A stretch of DNA of 33,950 nt from Actinomycetales bacterium. Lineage in GTDB: Bacteria; Actinomycetota; Actinomycetes; Actinomycetales; BWSM-131. Location of the stretch: positions 1 through 33,950 of the forward strand of contig JASBSH010000160.1 in assembly GCA_030149025.1 (NCBI GenBank). Direction: 5' to 3'. Below, in pieces: positions 28,277 through 33,950 of this stretch. The position numbers and the translations under genes were made by a program. Numbering within the stretch: position 1 is the first letter of the stretch; each line of letters begins with the position of its first letter. The notes beneath the pieces are model-generated. The model saw only the letters and a list, made by a program, of their open reading frames with translations, was not told the origin of the DNA and searched no databases.

Positions 28277-28573
28277 ATGAGTGTGCTTATGACGCTTCGG
28301 GTGACGGCAGACGCGAAGGCTATCGAGAGCACCGACGCAGCCACCCTCCAGGCGTTCGCCGAGCGAGCGAAGTCCTTCGGGGTCATCTCTCACCACTTCT
28401 ACGGCAACGGCAGCGAAGTTCTTGTCGTTGACGAGTGGCCCGACGAGCAGTCGTTCCACAAGTTCTTCCAGTCGAGCCCTGACGTCAGTCAGATGATGGA
28501 GAGGGCGGGCGTCACTGCCGCGCCGACACCGGAGTTCTGGCGCCGCCTGGACGTGAACGACAGCGTCGGCTGA
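28277..28573 (+). CDS. Small hypothetical protein, probable dimeric alpha-beta barrel (ABM-like)
   Basis: GVISHHFYG..EVLVVDEWPDEQSFHKFF pattern; GGAG RBS; 98 aa. Confidence 0.75.
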   Translation: MSVLMTLRVTADAKAIESTDAATLQAFAERAKSFGVISHHFYGNGSEVLVVDEWPDEQSFHKFFQSSPDVSQMMERAGVTAAPTPEFWRRLDVNDSVG

Positions 28574-28610
28574 ACGCCCCTCAGCGGGGACTCGGCTCCG
28601 GCGCGGGGAC

Positions 28611-29291
28611 TCAGTTCCTGCTCACTCCGCGCCCCTTGGGTGCAGTAAGCACCGCGACCAGGGCCGGGGCCAGTTTGCGCACGGCCCTGGCGCGGTGGCT
28701 GATCGCGTTCTTCTCGTCGTCCGGCAGTTCGGCGACGGTGCGGGTGTCGTTCTCGACGCGGACGATCGGGTCGTAGCCGAAGCCGCCGCTCCCCCGGGGC
28801 GCCCGCTCCAGCCAGCCGGCCAGCTCCCCGTGCTCCACCCGCTCGTGACCGTCCGGGGTCACCAGCGCGGCGGCGCAGACGAACTTGGCTGCCCGGTGCT
28901 CGTCGGGCACGTCGGAGAGCTGATCGAGCAGCAGCTCCAGGTTCGCCGTGTCGTTGCCGTGGCTGCCGGACCAGCGTGCCGAGAAGACGCCCGGCGCACC
29001 GCCCAGCACCTCGACGGCGAGCCCCGAGTCGTCCGCCACCGAGGGCAGACCCGTTGCAGCACAGACAGAGTGCGCCTTCAGCAGCGAGTTCTCGGCGAAC
29101 GTCACACCGCTCTCGACGACGTCCTCGACGCCCTCGATCTCCGCTGCGCCGATCACCGCGTGGTCGAGGTCGACGTCCGCGGCGTGCTCCCCCATCACCT
29201 CGGCCAGGATCTGCCGGAGCTCCCGCACCTTGTGGGCGTTGCGGGTCGCGAGGACCAGCCTCGCCCCCTTCGGGACGCGCCCCGCGCTCAC
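28611..29291 (-). CDS. rdgB: Non-canonical purine NTP pyrophosphatase (RdgB/HAM1)
   Basis: [39 protein letters not shown]; GTG overlaps the rph stop. Confidence 0.95.
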   Translation of the reverse strand: MSAGRVPKGARLVLATRNAHKVRELRQILAEVMGEHAADVDLDHAVIGAAEIEGVEDVVESGVTFAENSLLKAHSVCAATGLPSVADDSGLAVEVLGGAPGVFSARWSGSHGNDTANLELLLDQLSDVPDEHRAAKFVCAAALVTPDGHERVEHGELAGWLERAPRGSGGFGYDPIVRVENDTRTVAELPDDEKNAISHRARAVRKLAPALVAVLTAPKGRGVSRN

Positions 29292-30028
29292 GGCCGGGCC
29301 GCCGGTGCCTCCGCGAGCGCGGCGGCCTGGATCTCGGCCAGCTGGACGCACCCGGCCACCCCCAGGTCGAGCAGGGCGTTCAGCTCCGACCGGTCGAACG
29401 GGGCGCCCTCGGCCGTCCCCTGCACCTCCACGAACAGCCAGCGCCCGGTGACGACGAGGTTCATGTCGGTTTCGGCCTTGACGTCCTCGGCGTAGTTCAG
29501 GTCGAGAACCGGTGTGCCGTCGAAGATTCCGACGCTCACCGCGGAGATGGAGTCCAGCAACGGGTCCTTGGAGACGAGCCCCTTCTCACGGGCCCACCTC
29601 ACGGCGTCGACGAGAGCGACGTACGCGCCGGTGATCGCCGCCGTTCGCGTGCCGCCGTCCGCCTGCAGCACGTCGCAGTCCAGCACGATCGTGTTCTCCC
29701 CCAGCAGCTTCGTGTCGATCACCGCACGAAGGGAGCGGCCGATCAGCCGCGAGATCTCATGCGTCCGACCGCCGATCCTGCCCTTGACGGACTCCCGGTC
29801 CGACCGCGTGTGCGTCGCCCTCGGCAGCATCGCGTACTCGGAGGTGACCCACCCGAGACCGGATCCCTTGCGCCAGCGCGGGACTCCCTCCGTCAGGGAG
29901 GCGGCGCACAGCACCCGTGTGTTGCCGAACTCGACGAGCACGCTGCCTTCCGCGTAGTCCAGCCACTGGCGGGTGATTCGCACGTCGCGAAGCTGGTCGG
30001 GTGCACGTCCATCGGGTCGGTTCGTCAT
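29288..30028 (-). CDS. rph: Ribonuclease PH
   Basis: [49 protein letters not shown]. Confidence 0.98.
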   Translation of the reverse strand: MTNRPDGRAPDQLRDVRITRQWLDYAEGSVLVEFGNTRVLCAASLTEGVPRWRKGSGLGWVTSEYAMLPRATHTRSDRESVKGRIGGRTHEISRLIGRSLRAVIDTKLLGENTIVLDCDVLQADGGTRTAAITGAYVALVDAVRWAREKGLVSKDPLLDSISAVSVGIFDGTPVLDLNYAEDVKAETDMNLVVTGRWLFVEVQGTAEGAPFDRSELNALLDLGVAGCVQLAEIQAAALAEAPAARP

Positions 30029-30053
30029 GGCAGGCGAGCCTAACGACCGACGG

Positions 30054-30842
30054 TCAGAGGACGTGGACGGCGCCCGGCTGGGCCAGCTCGATCGGCCCGC
30101 CGAAGGCGCCCCTCGCCTCCTCGACCGTCAGGGCGGGGTCGTTCCACGGCGGGAGATGGGTGAGCACGAGGCTCTTCACGTCCGCCTTCGCCGCCAGCTG
30201 ACCGGCTCGCAGACCGGTCAGGTGGATCCCCCGGGTCGTGTCCCTGCCCTCGTGGAAGGCGGCCTCGCTGAGCAGCAGGTCTGCCGCCTGGCTGAGCTCC
30301 TCCACCTCCGCGCAGCTGTCTGTGTCCCCCGTGTAGGCGAGGGTGCGCCGCTCCCCCGGCTCGGCGGTGGACGGGCCCTCCACCCGGAACCCGTACGCCT
30401 CGACAGGGTGGTTCACACGCCGGGGCAGGATCCGCAGCGGTCCGATGTCGACGTGCGTGGCGTCGTCCAGGGTCCTGAAGTCGAACTCCTCGGACATCCC
30501 GGGTGAGGGGTGCAGGTCGTACGCGTGCGCCATCCGGCGGGCCGTCCCCTTCGGCCCCCACACCGGGATGCGGCCGTCTCGCGGCCCGAGGGGGTCGTAC
30601 TTGAGGGCGACGTAGTAGCCACACAGGTCGAGGCAGTGGTCCGCGTGGAGGTGGCTGAGCAGGACCCCGTCGACGTCCTGCAGCCGCACATGCGCCTGCA
30701 GCGGCCCCAGGGCGCCGTTGCCGAGGTCGAGGACGACGCTCCAGGTCCGGTCGTGCTCGTCCTCGGCCTGCAGCAGATAGCTGGACGCCGGCGACTCCGG
30801 TCCCGGGAAGGACCCAGAGCAACCGATCACCGTCAGTCTCAT
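30054..30842 (-). CDS. MBL-fold metallo-hydrolase
   Basis: [32 protein letters not shown]; conserved position between murI and rph. Confidence 0.93.
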   Translation of the reverse strand: MRLTVIGCSGSFPGPESPASSYLLQAEDEHDRTWSVVLDLGNGALGPLQAHVRLQDVDGVLLSHLHADHCLDLCGYYVALKYDPLGPRDGRIPVWGPKGTARRMAHAYDLHPSPGMSEEFDFRTLDDATHVDIGPLRILPRRVNHPVEAYGFRVEGPSTAEPGERRTLAYTGDTDSCAEVEELSQAADLLLSEAAFHEGRDTTRGIHLTGLRAGQLAAKADVKSLVLTHLPPWNDPALTVEEARGAFGGPIELAQPGAVHVL

Positions 30843-31657
30843 ACCGGCACCCCCGCGGCCTCCGCCATGGCGACCTCGGGACCGAGGAAGCGGCGAGCGA
30901 GGTGCGAGAACTGGCCCGGGTCGCCGGTGGTGAGGAAGCGGTGCTGCGGCTGGGGCAGGTCGTCCGGACGGTTGAGGCCGCGGCGGGTGAGCTGGCGGTA
31001 GACCTCCTGCGCCGTCTCCTCCGCGCTGCTGACCAGGGTGACGGGCTGGTCGGGGTTGAGCTCGTCCATCACGTAGGAGACCACTCCCGTCAGCAGGGGG
31101 TAGTGGGTGCAGCCGAGGACGAGGGTGTCGACACCCGCCTCGGCGACGGGGCGCAGGTAGTCGCGGGCGACGTCGAGCAGCTCCGGCCCGGAGGTGACGC
31201 CAGCCTCGACGAACTCGACGAACCTCGGGCAGGGCTGGGTCACGACCCGGACCTGCGGGGCCGCGGCGAAGGCGTCCTCGTACGCACCCGAGGTGGCTGT
31301 GGCCACGGTCGAGATCACGCCGACCTTGTTGTTGCGGGTGCTGGCGGCGGCGCGGCGGACCGCGGGCCGGATCACCTCGATCACCGGGACGTCGTACCGC
31401 TCTCGCGCGTCGTGGAGGACCGCGGCACTGGCGGAGTTGCAGGCGATGACGAGCAGCTTCACCCCGTGCTCGACCAGCTCGTCCAGGCACTGCAGCGCGA
31501 ACTCGCGGACCTCGGCGATCGGGCGCGGACCGTACGGCTGGCGTGCGGTGTCGGCGAAGTAGAGCACCGGCTCGTGCGGGAGCTGGTCCAGCACGGCTCG
31601 GGCCACCGTCAGCCCGCCGAAGCCGGAGTCGAAGATCCCGATCGGCGCGTCGTTCAC
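30839..31657 (-). CDS. murI: Glutamate racemase
   Basis: [27 protein letters not shown]. Confidence 0.97.
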   Translation of the reverse strand: MNDAPIGIFDSGFGGLTVARAVLDQLPHEPVLYFADTARQPYGPRPIAEVREFALQCLDELVEHGVKLLVIACNSASAAVLHDARERYDVPVIEVIRPAVRRAAASTRNNKVGVISTVATATSGAYEDAFAAAPQVRVVTQPCPRFVEFVEAGVTSGPELLDVARDYLRPVAEAGVDTLVLGCTHYPLLTGVVSYVMDELNPDQPVTLVSSAEETAQEVYRQLTRRGLNRPDDLPQPQHRFLTTGDPGQFSHLARRFLGPEVAMAEAAGVPV

Positions 31658-31757
31658 GCGGAGAACCCTACGTGTGGGGTGCGTCATGGTGCTCTTCTGT
31701 GTTGTGCGTCCTTGGCCACACCAGCGAGAGCGCGTCCTCAGGCCCGGGCTTACCTTG

Positions 31758-31831
31758 CGCAGACCGCGACGTTCTGCTGGTGGAATCCGGTCTCTGAGCA
31801 CGAGGACTCCGGCAGAAGGTCGCGGTCTGCG
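31758..31831. repeat. Long intergenic inverted repeat (23-bp arms, 2 mismatches)
   Basis: CGCAGACCGCGACGTTCTGCTGG (31758-31780) ... CCGGCAGAAGGTCGCGGTCTGCG (31809-31831). Confidence 0.85.
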
Positions 31832-31858
31832 GGATGGGGTGGGTGCTAAGGCGACCCC

Positions 31859-32428
31859 TCACTTGGACAGCGCGTGCACGAGCGTCTCCTGCAACCAGGT
31901 CAGGAAGTCGTACACGGCCGCGAGCCAGGCGCGGGGGTCCTCGTCGTCGGCGTCACTGTCCTCGAGACCACCCTCGAGCAGCTCGTGGACGGCCTCGGCG
32001 TCCGCGTCGGTCCTGATCTCGAGGCGCTCGGCGAGTACCAGGCGCACATCGGTCAGCGCGGTGAGCCACGCGGCCGAGCTGGCGTCGTCCAGCACGACGT
32101 CGTCACCCGCCGCGAGCGTGGCTGCCGCCGTCCGGAGGTTCTGCGACTTGCGCTGCCGCAGCCCGATCTCGGTGAACCGGCGGAACTCAGCGGCGGCCTC
32201 GTCGTCCTCGGTGCTGGCCACCGGCAGCAGGCGGGCGACCGCGGGGTCGTCGGGCACAGTGGCATCCGAGGCGATCCCGACCATGGCCACCAACGGGTCG
32301 CTGTCGTCGGGCAGGCCGTCCTCGAGCAGCTCGGCGACGTCGAGGAACAGCCGGGTCAGCAGGTCGCGCTCGGACTCGTCGAGGACCGCGGTGATGCCGT
32401 GCCGGGTCCGTTTGAAGGCAGTGGCCAC
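31859..32428 (-). CDS. DUF2017 domain protein
   Basis: PDDPAVARLLP..EFRRFTE..LR..K..WLTALTDVRLVLAERL..YDFLTWLQETLV; follows clpS. Confidence 0.9.
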   Translation of the reverse strand: MATAFKRTRHGITAVLDESERDLLTRLFLDVAELLEDGLPDDSDPLVAMVGIASDATVPDDPAVARLLPVASTEDDEAAAEFRRFTEIGLRQRKSQNLRTAAATLAAGDDVVLDDASSAAWLTALTDVRLVLAERLEIRTDADAEAVHELLEGGLEDSDADDEDPRAWLAAVYDFLTWLQETLVHALSK

Positions 32429-32431
32429 TTC

Positions 32432-32761
32432 TCAGCCGCTCTTGTCCTGCATGAAGGTGGCCCACAGGCCGTAACCGTGCATGGCCTCGGTGTCGCGCTC
32501 CATCTCCTCACGGGTGCCGGACGACACCACGGCCTTGCCCTCGTTGTGCACCTGCCGCATCAGCTTCTCGGCCTTGGCCTTCGGGTAGTTGAAGTAGGTC
32601 TGGAAGACGTAGGTGACGTAGGACATCAGGTTCACCGGGTCGTTCCAGACGATGGTGACCCAGGGGTGCTCGGGCTCCACCGACGTCTCAGCGTGCGACT
32701 GCCGCTCCTTGACCGGTGCGGTCGTCGCGCTGACCGGGGCCGCCACCGCGGCCGTGATCAT
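32432..32761 (-). CDS. clpS: ATP-dependent Clp protease adaptor ClpS
   Basis: [51 protein letters not shown]; start approximate. Confidence 0.95.
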   Translation of the reverse strand: MITAAVAAPVSATTAPVKERQSHAETSVEPEHPWVTIVWNDPVNLMSYVTYVFQTYFNYPKAKAEKLMRQVHNEGKAVVSSGTREEMERDTEAMHGYGLWATFMQDKSG

Positions 32762-32800
32762 CCCGAGTGACAGCACGGGACCCACTCTAGGGTTGGCACC

Positions 32801-33950
32801 GTGAACGATGCGCCCTCCCCCGACGGGTTCAGCGGATACTCCACCGCTCTGCTCACCGACCGTTACGAGCTGACGATGCTCCAGGCCGCGTTGCGGAGCG
32901 GTGCGGCGGACCGGCGCAGCGTCTTCGAGCTGTTCGCCCGCCGCCTGCCGGACGGTCGCCGCTACGGCGTGGTCGCCGGCACCGGGCGGCTGCTGGAGTC
33001 GCTGTCCAGCTTCCGCTTCGGCGACGCCGAGCTCTCCTGGCTGGAGCAGCAGAAGATCGTGGACGACGCCACCCTGCGTTGGCTCGCCGGCTACCGGTTC
33101 ACCGGGTCGATCTGGGGGTACGCGGAGGGCGAGTGCTTCTTCCCCGGGTCGCCGATCCTCGTGGTCGAGGGCACGTTCGCGGAGGCGGTGCTGCTGGAGA
33201 CCCTGGCCCTGTCCGTACTCAACCACGACAGCGCGATCGCCTCCGCGGCGTCGCGGATGACCTGCGCAGCGGGTGGCCGGCCGCTCGTCGAGATGGGGTC
33301 GCGGCGCACGCACGAGCGGTCCGCCGTGGCCGCTGCCAGAGCCTCGGTGATCGGCGGTTTCGACACGACCTCGAACCTGGAGGCGGGCCGGCGGTTCGGG
33401 CTCGCCACAGCAGGCACCGCCGCGCACTCCTTCACCCTCCTGCACGACGACGAGAAGGCGGCGTTCGCCGCGCAGGTCGACTCGATGGGCACCTCGACGA
33501 CGCTGCTGGTCGACACCTACGACGTCGAAGCCGCGGTGCGCACGGCGATCGAAGTCGCCGGCACGTCACTGGGCGCCGTCCGGATCGACTCGGGCGACCT
33601 CGTCACCCTCGCTCAGGAGGTGCGCGCGCAGCTCGACTCCCTCGGCGCCACGAACACGAAGATCGTGGTGACCAGCGACCTCGACGAGTACGCCATCGCT
33701 GCCCTGGCAGCCGCCCCGGTCGACGCCTACGGGGTGGGCACCTCCCTGGTCACCGGCAGCGGCCACCCCACCGCCGGACTCGTCTACAAGCTGGTGGCGC
33801 GCGAGGGCCGGGCCGGCGAGATGGTGAGCGTGGCAAAGGCATCCGCGCACAAGGTCAGCCTCGGTGGGCGCAAGTACGCCATGAGGCGACGCAACGAGTC
33901 CGGTATCGCACAAGCCGAGGTGATCGGCATCGGCCGGCCGCCGGTCGACG
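32801..33950 (+). CDS. pncB: Nicotinate phosphoribosyltransferase (runs off the window end)
   Basis: Translated by hand: [58 protein letters not shown]; GTG after TAGGGT -10. Confidence 0.95.
   Translation, partial: MNDAPSPDGFSGYSTALLTDRYELTMLQAALRSGAADRRSVFELFARRLPDGRRYGVVAGTGRLLESLSSFRFGDAELSWLEQQKIVDDATLRWLAGYRFTGSIWGYAEGECFFPGSPILVVEGTFAEAVLLETLALSVLNHDSAIASAASRMTCAAGGRPLVEMGSRRTHERSAVAAARASVIGGFDTTSNLEAGRRFGLATAGTAAHSFTLLHDDEKAAFAAQVDSMGTSTTLLVDTYDVEAAVRTAIEVAGTSLGAVRIDSGDLVTLAQEVRAQLDSLGATNTKIVVTSDLDEYAIAALAAAPVDAYGVGTSLVTGSGHPTAGLVYKLVAREGRAGEMVSVAKASAHKVSLGGRKYAMRRRNESGIAQAEVIGIGRPPVD

Noticed and set aside
32762-33445. Long N-terminal extension of ClpS
   Set aside because: Antisense to pncB

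Overview
High-GC actinobacterial chromosome segment; the gene order (pncB/clpS-DUF2017-murI-MBL-rph-rdgB ... bcp-DUF3618-groES ... prsW-orn) is typical of Micrococcales-like genomes, which is my inference. Conserved housekeeping genes are interrupted by three accessory blocks, each lying at the 3' end of a minus-strand tRNA. (1) Next to tRNA-His: a pair of overlapping MutS-related ATPases with altered motifs, then a fluoride riboswitch that controls a 30-codon leader ORF coupled to crcB-DUF190-crcB-MFS-dynamin-like GTPase, and a convergent stand-alone CysRS-C-terminal-like ORF. (2) Next to tRNA-Arg(TCT): IS481 and excisionase remnants, an XRE-HTH/ImmA-IrrE peptidase gene with a frameshifted PIN nuclease, and several other pseudogenes. 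(3) Next to tRNA-Leu(TAG): an IS256 fragment and a BrnT/BrnA toxin-antitoxin pair. The best candidate for an undescribed system is block 1. All family assignments come from motif recognition by eye, not from database searches.
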